From an uncultured Muribaculaceae bacterium (GTDB lineage: Bacteria; Pseudomonadota; Alphaproteobacteria; Rs-D84), in the NCBI GenBank assembly GCA_964619545.1, contig CAZUED010000003.1, positions 163-64,162 of the forward strand: a stretch of DNA of 64,000 bases, read 5' to 3'. The stretch's first letter is position 1. Each line of letters opens with the position of its first letter. Below, one piece after another: positions 18,730-29,400 of the stretch. Both the position numbers and the translations under genes were made by a program. The notes under the pieces were generated by a model that had not been told where the DNA came from, made no database searches, and saw only the letters and a program-made list of their open reading frames with translations.

Positions 18730-18758
18730 TTGCCTTAAAAAAACTAATAGGGTAGAAT
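18730..18758 (+). promoter_or_regulatory. candidate sigma70 promoter for tRNA-Trp/secE/nusG
   Basis: TTGCCT, 17-nt spacer, TAGAAT, about 115 nt upstream of tRNA-Trp. Confidence 0.4.
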
Positions 18759-18873
18759 ACTTTTCGCTTGATTTTGGTAATAAATGTGTTATTGTGCGCG
18801 AACGAAAATAAGATAAACTGGGGTGGAGTTCGCACGATTCCTGCGGTGCAGGCGCGTGGCAGACAAGAGTTTT

Positions 18874-18947
18874 AGGGGCATAGTTCAACGGTAGAATAGA
18901 GGTCTCCAAAACCTTTGGTGTGGGTTCGATTCCTACTGCCCCTGCCA
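18874..18947 (+). tRNA. trnW: tRNA-Trp (anticodon CCA)
   Basis: folded by hand: acceptor AGGGGCA/TGCCCCT, anticodon loop CTCCAAA, T-loop GGTTCGATTCC, encoded CCA end. Confidence 0.9.
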
Positions 18948-19018
18948 AAAAGCTTTTGTGATGGGTATAAAAATGTCCACCAAAAGCCAAGCGACCAGTT
19001 AAAAAGTTTGGAACACGT

Positions 19019-19198
19019 ATGAAGAAATTTCTTGATTACATCAAAGCAGTTCGCCAGGAATGGTTTAAAATTGTGTGGCCATCACGCGATGCGGTTATTC
19101 GCGCGACCATAATGATTTTGGTGTTTTCAGGACTTGCAGCGCTGTTCTTTTTTATCACCGATAGTGCATTGAATGCGCTGGTGGAGTGGATTTTTTAG
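19019..19198 (+). CDS. secE: preprotein translocase subunit SecE (59 aa, below the ORF-track cutoff)
   Basis: MKKFLDYIKAVRQEWFKIVWPSRDAVIRATIMILVFSGLAALFFFITD... is the conserved SecE motif plus a single TM; canonical position between tRNA-Trp and nusG. Confidence 0.85.
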   Translation: MKKFLDYIKAVRQEWFKIVWPSRDAVIRATIMILVFSGLAALFFFITDSALNALVEWIF

Positions 19199-19244
19199 AA
19201 AATGTGCAATCTGCACATAAAACGAATTGAGTGGAGCAATTATG

Positions 19245-19763
19245 AATTGGTATGTCGTGAATGTTCATACAGGATGCGAGGATAAAGTAGCGCGTGAATT
19301 GCGTGAGCAAATCAATACGCGAAAATTAAATCCTTTATTCGGCGAGATACTGGTACCAACTCGCGAAGTATCCGAGGTAAAGGGCGGCAAACGCGTAAAA
19401 ACGGAAAGAAAATTTTTCCCTGGATATATCGTTGTTCAAATGCAAATGACTAACGAGACTTTTTCGTTGGTAAAGTTGCACCCTCAGGTTGTTATGTTCT
19501 TGGGACAAAAGCAAAAACCTGTAGCGATAACAGAGGATGAAGCCCGCCGTCTGATGAAACAGATGGAAGAGGGTTCGGCAAGTTTGGACGAGTCTGAATA
19601 CGAAGTCGGTCAAGAAATTCACATTATTGATGGTCCATTCATGAACTTTAACGGAATTGCCGCCGAGGTTGATAATTTGAAACAGAAAATGGTTGTGAAC
19701 GTTTTAGTGTTCGGCCGTGAAACCAGCGTCAGCTTAGACTTTAACCAGGTGGAAAAAGTTTAG
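19245..19763 (+). CDS. nusG: transcription termination/antitermination factor NusG
   Basis: MNWYVVNVHTGCEDKV..., KOW region GQEIHIIDGPFMNFNGI; start moved to the ATG at 19245 (ggag SD). Confidence 0.93.
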   Translation, partial: NWYVVNVHTGCEDKVARELREQINTRKLNPLFGEILVPTREVSEVKGGKRVKTERKFFPGYIVVQMQMTNETFSLVKLHPQVVMFLGQKQKPVAITEDEARRLMKQMEEGSASLDESEYEVGQEIHIIDGPFMNFNGIAAEVDNLKQKMVVNVLVFGRETSVSLDFNQVEKV

Positions 19764-19896
19764 TTAAATCGAGTGGTTTAATTATAGGGATTTTTATGGT
19801 TTAGGAATGTTCTGAAAACCATATCCTGGAAACGGGAAATAAACGCGGAAGCAGTAGCCACTGCGCACCGCAAACTCTAAAACAACGGAGAAAAAA

Positions 19897-20328
19897 ATGG
19901 CAAAGAAAGAGTTCAAGGGGCTGGTAAAGCTTGTTGCCCCTGCAAAACAGGCGAACCCATCGCCTCCGATTGGCCCAATTTTGGGCGCTAACGGCGTTAA
20001 CATCGCCGAATTCTGCAAACAATTTAATGATGCAACCAAGGACATGGAAGCAGGTATGCCTGTTCCAGTCATTATTACTGTTTATACTGACCGCAGTTTC
20101 GAATTTATTATGAAATTGCCACCAGTGTCGTACTTTATTAAAAAGGCGTTGAAATTGAAATCTGGTTCTAAAAAGCCAGGTCGTGATTTTGTCGGAACTT
20201 TATCAATGGCCGAAGTTCGCAAAATTGCCGAAGGTAAAATGCCAGACTTGAATTGCTCTACCATTGATGCGGCCGCAAAAATCGTTGCCGGACAATGCCG
20301 TTCTATGGGCGTAAAGGTGGAGGAATAA
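19897..20328 (+). CDS. rplK: 50S ribosomal protein L11
   Basis: KLVAPAKQANPSPPIGPILG signature. Confidence 0.97.
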   Translation: MAKKEFKGLVKLVAPAKQANPSPPIGPILGANGVNIAEFCKQFNDATKDMEAGMPVPVIITVYTDRSFEFIMKLPPVSYFIKKALKLKSGSKKPGRDFVGTLSMAEVRKIAEGKMPDLNCSTIDAAAKIVAGQCRSMGVKVEE

Positions 20329-20331
20329 GAT

Positions 20332-21003
20332 ATGAAAACGACAAAAAGAATGAAAGCTTGGGAAGCATTGGATACAAAAAAAATATATGGTCTGAACGAA
20401 GCTATCGAAGTTTTGCGCGGCTATGCCAGCAAAAAATTCGATGAAAGTCTGGAAGTTGCGGTTCGCTTGGGTATTGATGTTACCAAGGCTGACCAAAACA
20501 TTCGCTTGATGTTGGCATTGCCAAATGGCACCGGGAAAAAAGTTCGTGTCGCGGTTATCACCAATGACAAACAAGATGAAGCCAAAAAAGCAGGTGCAGA
20601 TTTGGTTGGTGCAGACGACTTGATTGATAAAATCGCAGCTGGCGAAATGAATTTTGATCGAGTAATTGCATCCCCAGACATGATGCCAAAAATGTCAAAG
20701 GTTGCCCGTGTATTGGGCCCCAAGGGTTTAATGCCGAATCCAAAATTGGGTACAGTTACAAATAATGTTGCCGAAGCAATTAAAACGGCTAAGGCCGGTC
20801 AGGTTGAGCTGCGCGCCGAAAAGAAAGGCATAATTCACGCAGGCTGTGGCAAAATGTCGTTCAAGAATGAAGAATTATCCCAGAACGTTTTGGCGATAAT
20901 TGATACATTGAAAAAGGCAAAGCCAGCCAGCAGCAAAGGCCAGTATATTATTGGTGTTTGTGTGTCCACGACACAGGGGCCTGGGTTAAAGGTAAATATA
21001 TAA
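20332..21003 (+). CDS. rplA: 50S ribosomal protein L1
   Basis: conserved L1 sequence and rplK-rplA synteny. Confidence 0.97.
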   Translation: MKTTKRMKAWEALDTKKIYGLNEAIEVLRGYASKKFDESLEVAVRLGIDVTKADQNIRLMLALPNGTGKKVRVAVITNDKQDEAKKAGADLVGADDLIDKIAAGEMNFDRVIASPDMMPKMSKVARVLGPKGLMPNPKLGTVTNNVAEAIKTAKAGQVELRAEKKGIIHAGCGKMSFKNEELSQNVLAIIDTLKKAKPASSKGQYIIGVCVSTTQGPGLKVNI

Positions 21004-21174
21004 AGAATTCTTGTCCAAGACTGATGGGGGAGAAATCCTTAAAAAAATAACCCCTCAATAGACAAAAGAGATGAATACTCTTTTGGGACAGAATGAAAGG
21101 GTGGAAAAATCCACCCTCCAAAAGAGCCCCAATCGAAAGATTGGAAAAAAGAAACGAAAGCAAAAGGATAAAGC
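21004..21174 (+). promoter_or_regulatory. rplJL leader region (possible L10 autoregulatory leader)
   Basis: 171-nt structured spacer with hairpins (for example gggtgg-aaaaat-ccaccc near 21100) at the position of the known L10 leader; not modelled. Confidence 0.35.
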
Positions 21175-21651
21175 GTGAAAAGAGATGAAAAATCCGCGCT
21201 GGTATCGTCTTTGCAGGAAAACATCAAATCCGCGAATGGTATTTTCGTTATAGAAAACCATGGAACAAGCGTGAAAGATTTCGAGGCTTTGCGTCGCGAA
21301 CTTGCGCCTGTTACTTCGGTATTCAAGGTCGTGAAAAATCGTTTGTTCAAGTTGGCATTGAAAGATTCCGGCTTTGTTGATGTTGAAAAGCTGATGAAGC
21401 GTCCAACGGCGGTTGCTATTGCAACTGACGGCTTGGCTGTGACCAAAGTTTTGGCAAAATTTGCTGAAACTCACCCAACAATAACAATTGTTGGTGGCCA
21501 AATGGATGCTGGTTTGCTGGATGCAAAAGCGGTAGAGCAATTGTCCAAACTTCCGTCATTGCTTGAAATTCGTGGCACGATTGCACGCATACTGATAGAG
21601 CCTGCGTCTCGTATCGCCCGTGTTTCTGCAGAATACGGAAAAAAGAATTAA
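21175..21651 (+). CDS. rplJ: 50S ribosomal protein L10
   Basis: GTG start; conserved L10 N-terminus and synteny. Confidence 0.93.
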   Translation: MKRDEKSALVSSLQENIKSANGIFVIENHGTSVKDFEALRRELAPVTSVFKVVKNRLFKLALKDSGFVDVEKLMKRPTAVAIATDGLAVTKVLAKFAETHPTITIVGGQMDAGLLDAKAVEQLSKLPSLLEIRGTIARILIEPASRIARVSAEYGKKN

Positions 21652-21669
21652 AATCAAAAGGAAACTAAA

Positions 21670-22032
21670 ATGGCAGATATTCAGAAAATTGTAGAAGACT
21701 TGTCAAAATTGAGTGTTTTAGAAGCAGTTGAATTGTCCAAAGCTTTGGAAGAAGCTTGGGGCGTTTCTGCGGCAGCGGCAGTTGCAGTTGCAGCTGGTCC
21801 AGCAGCCGTAGCAGAAGAAAAAACCGAATTTGATGTTGTGTTGGCAGATGCTGGCAGCAATAAATTGGGTGTTATTAAAGCTGTGAAAGACGCAACTGGT
21901 TTGGGTTTGGGCGATGCAAAAGCGTTCGTCGAATCCGCACCAAAAGTTGTGAAAGAAGGATTGTCCAAGGACGATGCTGAAAAATTGAAAGCAACACTGG
22001 AAGCCGCAGGCGCTAAGGTGGAGCTGAAATAA
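21670..22032 (+). CDS. rplL: 50S ribosomal protein L7/L12
   Basis: Ala-rich hinge, C-terminal [12 protein letters not shown]...[11 protein letters not shown]. Confidence 0.97.
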   Translation: MADIQKIVEDLSKLSVLEAVELSKALEEAWGVSAAAAVAVAAGPAAVAEEKTEFDVVLADAGSNKLGVIKAVKDATGLGLGDAKAFVESAPKVVKEGLSKDDAEKLKATLEAAGAKVELK

Positions 22033-22045
22033 AAAAAAGTAAACA

Positions 22046-22087
22046 GCAAAGTGCAAAGTGCAAGTACGCGCTTTGCCTTTGCTTTTG
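22046..22087 (+). terminator. rplL-rpoB intergenic attenuator hairpin
   Basis: 12-bp stem (gcaaagtgcaaag / ctttgcctttgc, one bulge) followed by tttt; matches the known partial terminator position upstream of rpoB. Confidence 0.5.
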
Positions 22088-22208
22088 CGGATAATTCTGA
22101 GATTGCTTTGCAATTTTTGAGTTATTCAATTGCATCTTGCACCCTGCAAAATGCAAATTTTGCAAAAATCGACAGGCGATTTTTGATATGCGACTAAGGA
22201 GCGAACAT

Positions 22209-25200
22209 ATGGCTGTTATCCAAAAATTCAGAAAGTATTTCGGAAAAAGTTTCTTGAAAACACCCCTGCGTGATTTAGTGGAAATTCAATATGATTCTTA
22301 TAGAGATTTTCTGCAAGAAAATGTTGCACCAAATGCGCGTCGCAATGTCGGCTTGCAAAATGTTTTCAAGTCTGCATTCCCGATAAAGGATTATGCGGGT
22401 ATTGCTGATTTAGAGTTTGTTGAATATACTTTGGACAAGCCTTTGTATAATGTCAAAGAATGCATGCTGCGTAATATGACATATAGCGCGCGTTTAAAAT
22501 TAAAGTTGAAACTTATAATTTGGGATGTTGCGGAAAATGGAAAGAAAACACTTCGCGACATCAAAGATCAAGAAATTTTTATGGGCGAAGTTCCATTGAT
22601 GACCGAACGCGGAACCTTTGTTTCGTCTGGTGTTGAACGTGTTATCGTTTCGCAAATGCATCGTGCACAGGGTGTGGTTTTTGGTCTGACCAAGGAAGCG
22701 AAAACTGCTGATGCGACAAACGCAACATATACTGCCCGTATTATTCCAGAACGCGGATCTTGGATTGATTTCGAAGAAGCCAAGGGCGTTATCTATGTTC
22801 GCATAGATCGCAAACGCAAAATCCCTGCATCTGTTTTGTTGCGCGCATTACCAGCTGCAAGTGATGAAAAAAAGTTTGAATCTGATCCCCGTCGCGCAGC
22901 TGTTTCCGGCATGACTGATGTGGAAATTTTGTCAGAATTTTATAAAAAGATTTCTTTATCGTTTGATGGAAAATTCTGGATTGGCGAAACAGCCGATTTT
23001 ATCGAACTTGGAAATTATCGTCTGAATTACGATCTTTTGGACGTTAAATCTAAAAAGCCGATTGCTGAAAAAGGCGAGCGTATTACCGCAAAAAAATGGG
23101 AAAAGCTGGTCGCGGCTAACAAAGAATTTGCAATAACAAAAGAAAGTGTAATCGGAGAATATTTATTTGATCCACTGGCCAATGGCGGCGAAACATTGTT
23201 CCCATCAGCCACAGAAATCACAGAAGAAATACTGGCGGATTTTGAAAAGCTGGATGTTAAAAATATATCAATTATCTCTATAGATAATATGTTTTATGGC
23301 GCACACATGCGTAATACTTTGGCAGCAAGCAAAACCACAACGCGCGACGAAGCATTAATTGAAATTTACAATGTAATTCGTCCGGGAGAGCGCCCAACAC
23401 CAGAAGCCGCTGCAGCATTGTTCGCGCATCAGGGATTTGATTCTTCTTATTATGATTTGTCAGCAGTTGGTCGATTCAAGATGAACAAGCGCTTGAAAAT
23501 TGATTCTGGCAAAAAACCAGAAGATGAAAGATTGTTAAGCAAACAAGATTTTCTGGCGACATTAAAAACTTTGGCAAACATTATTGATCGCAAAGATGTT
23601 ATTGATGACATTGATAACCTGTCGAACCGCCGTGTGCGTACGGTTGGAGAATTGCTGGAACAGCAATTCCGTATTGGTATGGCGCGTATCGAAAGATTAG
23701 TTCGCGAGCATTTGGCATCACCAAACATTTCAAACATGAAGCCCCAGGATGTTATCAATGTAAAGCCTTTGACGGCTTTGGTTGCTGAATTCTTTGGCAC
23801 ATCACAATTGTCGCAGTTTATGGATGCGTATAATCCATTGGCGGAATTAGAACATAAACGTTTGATTTCTGCAATGGGTCCTGGCGGCCTTAATCGCGAC
23901 CGCGCAGGCATTGATGTCCGTGACGTACATCCGACTCACTATGGTCGCTTGTGCCCGATACACACGCCCGAAGGCGCAAACATTGGTTTGATTAACCATC
24001 TTGCATCATATGCCCGTGTTAATCCGTATGGATTTATTGAAACTCCTTACTACATCGTTAAAAACGGAAAAATTACGGAAGAAATTGTCTATTTGACAGC
24101 TGACGAAGAAACTGGTCATCGTATTGCCCAGGGTAATACTGCGACAAACTCGGATGGAAAAATTTCCGAAGAAGTTGTGACTGCACGTGTTGATGGCGAA
24201 TTCGTAAAAATCCCGCGTGAAGAAATTGACCTTATCGACGTTGCACCGCGTCAGGTTGTGTCTATTGCGCCAGGACTGATACCATTTATTGAAAATGACG
24301 ACGCAAACCGCGCACTGATGGGATCAAACATGCAGCGCCAGGCAATTCCGTTAATGCGCGTTGATGCGCCAACAATCGGAACAGGTATTGAACGCGAAGT
24401 TGCACGTGATTCCAGAACTGGCAAAGTTGCAAAGCACAGCGGTGTTGTTGAATCTGTTGATGCAAATCGTATTGTGGTGAAGTGTATGAACAGCCGCAAT
24501 GTTGTAACCGGTGTTGACATCTATAATTTGGAAAAATTCCAGAAATCAAATTCAGAAACAATGATACACCAAAAACCATTGGTAAAGGTTGGCGATCGTA
24601 TTTCTGCCGGTGACATTATTGCCGATGGTGCCAGTATGAATTATGGCGAACTTGCACTGGGTAAGAATGTGTTGGTTGCCTTTGTGCCTTGGCGTGGTTA
24701 TAACTTTGAAGACTCTATAGTTATTTCTGAAAAGATTTCACGCGATGACGTATTTACTAGCATCAAGATTGTTGAAAAAGAGTTCAAGGCTCGTGATACT
24801 CAACTGGGCCCAGAAAGCTTTACACGCGATATTCCAAACGTTGGCGAAGAAGCACTGAAAAATCTGGACGAGTCTGGAATTATCTATATCGGCAGCCATG
24901 TGAAGCAAGGCGACATCTTGGTTGGTCGTGTATCACCTAAATCTGAAAGCTTGCTGACCCCAGAGGAAGCATTGCTACGCAGCATCTTTGGTGAAAAGGC
25001 TTTATCTGTAAAAGATACATCAATGCGCGTTGGTCCGAACGAGGAAGGCGTTGTTATTGGTGTGAACATCTTGACCCGTCATGGTGTGAAGAAAGACGAA
25101 CGCACGCAGATGATAGAGCTGCAAAAGATCGAACAGATAAACAAAAACCGCGAAGAAGAGATTGCAATTTTGGAGCGTGGATTTGCAGCCCAAGCATTCC

Positions 25201-26348
25201 AGATCGCTGAAGGCCTGACAATCGAAGGCGGTATTGGCAGCGTAAAGCCATTTATTGGTAAAAAGCTGACAGCCGAAGTTTTTGAAGGTATCCGCCCATC
25301 TGATATGAAAAAGATTCAGGTCAAAAGCAAAGAAGCCGCAGAAAAATTGGAAGAGTTGCGTGAACAAAATGCAATAACTTTGAAAAACTTGAACGAAAAG
25401 GCCGACGGGGAAGTTGCGCGCGTGACCGAAAGCAACTCGCTTAATGCAGGTGTATTGAAAGAAGTCAAAGTTTATATCGCGCATAAAATGAAACTGCAAC
25501 CCGGCGATAAAATGGCTGGCCGTCACGGAAACAAGGGTATCGTTTCCAAGGTTGTGCCGATTGAAGATATGCCACACATGGAAGATGGAACGCCGGTTGA
25601 TATAGTTTTGAATCCATTGGGTGTGCCCAGCCGTATGAACATTGGTCAGGTATTAGAAGTTCACTTGGGTATGGCCGCACGTGAATTAGGTAAACAAATC
25701 GGCGAAGTGCTGGATGAAGTAAAGGCAAAGCGCGCCGTGACCGATGACTTGCGCACAATGATTGGCAAAATCTATGGCAAGGATGTTACTCAGCAACTTG
25801 AAAAGATGACTGACACTGATGTTCGCGCCCAGGCTGCATTATTGCGCAGTGGTGTATCAATGGCAACACCGACATTTGACGGGGCTATGCCGGAAGACAT
25901 CAAAAAAATGTTAAAGATGGCAAAGCTTCCAGAGAGCGGACAATTCACTTTGTATGATGGAATGACCGGTGAAAAATTTGCACGACCAGTAACAGTTGGT
26001 GTTATGCATATGTTAAAGCTGCATCACTTGGTGGATGAAAAAATCCATGCGCGTTCAGTAGGCAGCTATTCTTTGGTTACACAACAGCCTTTGTCCGGTA
26101 AAGCGCACAATGGTGGACAGCGTTTGGGTGAAATGGAAGTCTGGGCGCTGGAAGCGCACGGCGCGGCCCACCTGATTAAAGAAATGCTGACCGTTAAATC
26201 GGACGACATTGCGGGCAAAAACAAGATGTATGAAACCATAATCAGCGGAAGCTATGACATTCAAACAGGCACGCCCGAGGCATTTAATGTCTTGACCCGT
26301 GAACTGCGCGGACTGGGCTTGGCTATGACACCGCGAAAGCTAGATTAA
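22209..26348 (+). CDS. rpoB: DNA-directed RNA polymerase subunit beta
   Basis: start moved to the ATG at 22209 (aaggag SD); conserved RpoB motifs throughout. Confidence 0.97.
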   Translation: MAVIQKFRKYFGKSFLKTPLRDLVEIQYDSYRDFLQENVAPNARRNVGLQNVFKSAFPIKDYAGIADLEFVEYTLDKPLYNVKECMLRNMTYSARLKLKLKLIIWDVAENGKKTLRDIKDQEIFMGEVPLMTERGTFVSSGVERVIVSQMHRAQGVVFGLTKEAKTADATNATYTARIIPERGSWIDFEEAKGVIYVRIDRKRKIPASVLLRALPAASDEKKFESDPRRAAVSGMTDVEILSEFYKKISLSFDGKFWIGETADFIELGNYRLNYDLLDVKSKKPIAEKGERITAKKWEKLVAANKEFAITKESVIGEYLFDPLANGGETLFPSATEITEEILADFEKLDVKNISIISIDNMFYGAHMRNTLAASKTTTRDEALIEIYNVIRPGERPTPEAAAALFAHQGFDSSYYDLSAVGRFKMNKRLKIDSGKKPEDERLLSKQDFLATLKTLANIIDRKDVIDDIDNLSNRRVRTVGELLEQQFRIGMARIERLVREHLASPNISNMKPQDVINVKPLTALVAEFFGTSQLSQFMDAYNPLAELEHKRLISAMGPGGLNRDRAGIDVRDVHPTHYGRLCPIHTPEGANIGLINHLASYARVNPYGFIETPYYIVKNGKITEEIVYLTADEETGHRIAQGNTATNSDGKISEEVVTARVDGEFVKIPREEIDLIDVAPRQVVSIAPGLIPFIENDDANRALMGSNMQRQAIPLMRVDAPTIGTGIEREVARDSRTGKVAKHSGVVESVDANRIVVKCMNSRNVVTGVDIYNLEKFQKSNSETMIHQKPLVKVGDRISAGDIIADGASMNYGELALGKNVLVAFVPWRGYNFEDSIVISEKISRDDVFTSIKIVEKEFKARDTQLGPESFTRDIPNVGEEALKNLDESGIIYIGSHVKQGDILVGRVSPKSESLLTPEEALLRSIFGEKALSVKDTSMRVGPNEEGVVIGVNILTRHGVKKDERTQMIELQKIEQINKNREEEIAILERGFAAQAFQIAEGLTIEGGIGSVKPFIGKKLTAEVFEGIRPSDMKKIQVKSKEAAEKLEELREQNAITLKNLNEKADGEVARVTESNSLNAGVLKEVKVYIAHKMKLQPGDKMAGRHGNKGIVSKVVPIEDMPHMEDGTPVDIVLNPLGVPSRMNIGQVLEVHLGMAARELGKQIGEVLDEVKAKRAVTDDLRTMIGKIYGKDVTQQLEKMTDTDVRAQAALLRSGVSMATPTFDGAMPEDIKKMLKMAKLPESGQFTLYDGMTGEKFARPVTVGVMHMLKLHHLVDEKIHARSVGSYSLVTQQPLSGKAHNGGQRLGEMEVWALEAHGAAHLIKEMLTVKSDDIAGKNKMYETIISGSYDIQTGTPEAFNVLTRELRGLGLAMTPRKLD

Positions 26349-26360
26349 ATGATAAATGGC

Positions 26361-26411
26361 GAAAGATGAGTGTTTGCATTCATCTTTCATCACATATCAT
26401 TCATCATTATT
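26361..26411 (+). repeat. hairpin plus heptamer tandem repeat in the rpoB-rpoC spacer
   Basis: gaaagatga (26361-69) is the reverse complement of tcatctttc (26380-88); followed by cattcat ctttcat cacatat cattcat cattatt. Confidence 0.5.
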
Positions 26412-26426
26412 CAAGGAGCAAAATAA

Positions 26427-29400
26427 ATGACTAACATGCTGCAAAAGATTTTTGGCCAGATTGAAACGAAGGAGCAGTTTGATGCGCTGCAAATAAAAAT
26501 TGCGTCACCAGAAGAAATTCTGTCTTGGTCTCATGGCGAAGTTAAAAAGCCTGAAACCATCAACTATCATTCGTTAAAGCCGGAATCAGATGGATTGTTT
26601 TGCCAGCAGATTTTTGGCCCCAGCAAAGATTACGAATGCGCATGTGGAAAATACAAACGTGTTAAGTTCCGCGGTGTAGTATGCGAGCGTTGTGGTGTCG
26701 AAGTCGGATCAAGCAGTGTTCGTCGTGAGCGTATGGGACATATTAAATTGGCGACACCCGTATCTCACTTTTGGTTCATGCGCGAAGGAAAAATTGCTAC
26801 TCTTTTGAACAATATGCCGCAAAAAAAGTTAGAGCAGGTTATTTATTATGACGCTTATATTGTGACCGAGCCAGGTCTGACCAAGCTGAAACTTTATGAT
26901 GTTATTTCCGAAGATGAATACCAAGAAGCACTGACTGAATTCGGCGATGGAGCATTCCATGTTGGAATTGGTGCAGACGGCGTACGCAGTGTTATTGCAA
27001 ATTTGGATATGGGGGATGAGCGGACTCGTTTGCGTCAAGAGTTGTCGGAAACAAAATCCGAAGCAAAACGCAAAGGAATTATCAAACATCTGAAATTAGT
27101 TGAAGCATTCATGGATTCTAAAACAGAACCTGCATGGATGTTGCCGGATGTTTTGCCGGTTATTCCACCAGATATGCGTCCTTTGGTTACGCTCGAGGCT
27201 GGACATGTCGCTTCATCTGACTTGAACGATTTGTATCGCCGCGTAATTATTCGCAACAATCGTCTGAAAAAATTGATAGACTTGCGTGCACCAGAAATCA
27301 TCGTGCGCAACGAAAAACGTATGTTACAGGAAGCGGTTGATGCCTTGTTCGATAACGGACACAAAAGCCGCCCATTGGTTTCGCAAAATCGTCAAAAGTT
27401 AAAGTCTTTGTCAGATTCATTGTTGGGGAAGCAGGGTCGCTTCCGTATGAATATGTTAGGTAAACGTGTGGATTATTCTGGACGCAGTGTTATCGTGTCG
27501 GGCCCCAGCTTGAAATTACACCAGGTTGGTTTGCCGAAATCCATGGCACTGGAGCTGTTTAAACCTTTTGTTTATGCACGTTTATTGGCTGGCGACTATG
27601 CTAATACATTAAAGACCGCAAGAAAGATGGTCGAAGCCGGTGAAGACATTGTGTGGGAAATGTTGGAAAAGGTTATTTATCAGCATCCGGTCTTGTTAAA
27701 CCGCGCGCCATCTTTGCATCGTCTTTCAATGCTTGCGTTCGAGCCCATCTTAATCGAAGGTAAAGCAATTCGTCTACATCCGTTGGTTACCAAGGGATTT
27801 AATGCTGACTTTGACGGCGACCAAATGTCTGTCTATGTCCCTATTTCATTGGAAGCACAATTAGAAGCGCGTACATTAATGTTGTCTTCTAATAACGTGT
27901 TGTTACCTGCGAACGGCGAACCGGTTATAGTTCCATCACAAGACATGGTTTTAGGTGTTTATTATTTATCATTGGTAAATGGTGAACATAACGAAAAATC
28001 ACCACGTTTTGCATCAATGGATGAAATTTATATGGCATTGAATGCAAAGACAATTACTTTGCACACTCCAATCATTGCGCGTTATCACGCGGCCGAGGGG
28101 ACTCAAACCGTAAAGACGACTGCTGGTCGTATGATTTTGGGCGAATTGCTGCCGAAAAAACCTGGCATGCCATTTGACTTGGTAAATCAGGAAATGCCAG
28201 TCGGAAAGATAAAATCATTGTTGGCAACTACTTACGAACGTTGTGGCGACAAGGATATGATTGCTTTGGCGGATAATCTGAAAAATACAGGTTTCGAGCA
28301 AGCTGCACGCAGCGGAATTTCCATTGGCTTTGACGATATAAAAATTCCAGAAGAAAAACAGGAAATTATCGCCAATGCAACAACTCAGACAGAAGAAATT
28401 GAAACCCAGTATCAAAATGGATTGATTTCACGCAAAGAAAAATATAACAAAATTGTCGATATGTGGCATGGGGTTACAAACAGACTGGCGGATTTGGCTT
28501 TCTCGAACTTGCGTAAGTCCGAAGGCGATAACTGGAACAGCATCTCGATGATGCAGGCATCTGGTGCCCGTGGATCTAAAACCCAAATTCAGCAGCTGGC
28601 AGGTATGCGTGGAATGATGATGAAGCCGGACGGATCTATTATCGAGGTTCCGATTATCTCGAACTTTAAAGAAGGTCTGTCAATGGCGGAATACTTTACC
28701 AGTACGCACGGCGCGCGCAAAGGTATGTCCGATACAGCATTAAAGACTGCGAACGCGGGTTATCTGACACGCAGAATGGTTATCTTGGCTCAGAATACAT
28801 TTATTACCGAACATGATTGCGGTACAGATGAATCCATAACTGCAAAACCAGTATTTGATGGCTCTATGTTGTCTATTTCACTGGGCGATGTAGTTTTGGG
28901 CAGAACCGCAGCGCAAGATGTTGTGAATCCTGGAACTGGTGAATTAATCGTTAAAAGGGGCGACTTGATTACAAAGGCGGATTCAAAGAAAATTAATGAT
29001 TCCGGTTTGGGCAGTATTGAAATTCGCAGTGGTTTGACATGCAAATCTAATGGTTTGTGCGCAAAATGTTATGGTATGGATTTGTCGCGCGGTACTTTGG
29101 TGCATGTTGGTGAAGCAGTTGGTGTTATCGCTGGACAATCTATTGGTGAGCCCGGAACTCAGTTGACCCTTAGAACCTTCCACGTTGGTGGAATTGCGTC
29201 CTCTGGCAGCGGCAGCAACTTTATCGAAGCGCCAATGAATGGTCGCCTGGAACTGATTGATGCCGACTTGGTCACAAACAGCGCAGGCAAAAACATAGTT
29301 GTATCGCGCAACTCGAAAATAGCGGTCACCGATAACAAAGGTAATCATTTATTTACCGCAAAATTGCCGTATGCTTCGTGGCTGATTGTAAAAGATGGGG

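Noticed and set aside
18613-18990. 125-aa minus-strand ORF
   Set aside because: It runs antisense through tRNA-Trp and its promoter region, so it is an ORF-finder artefact.
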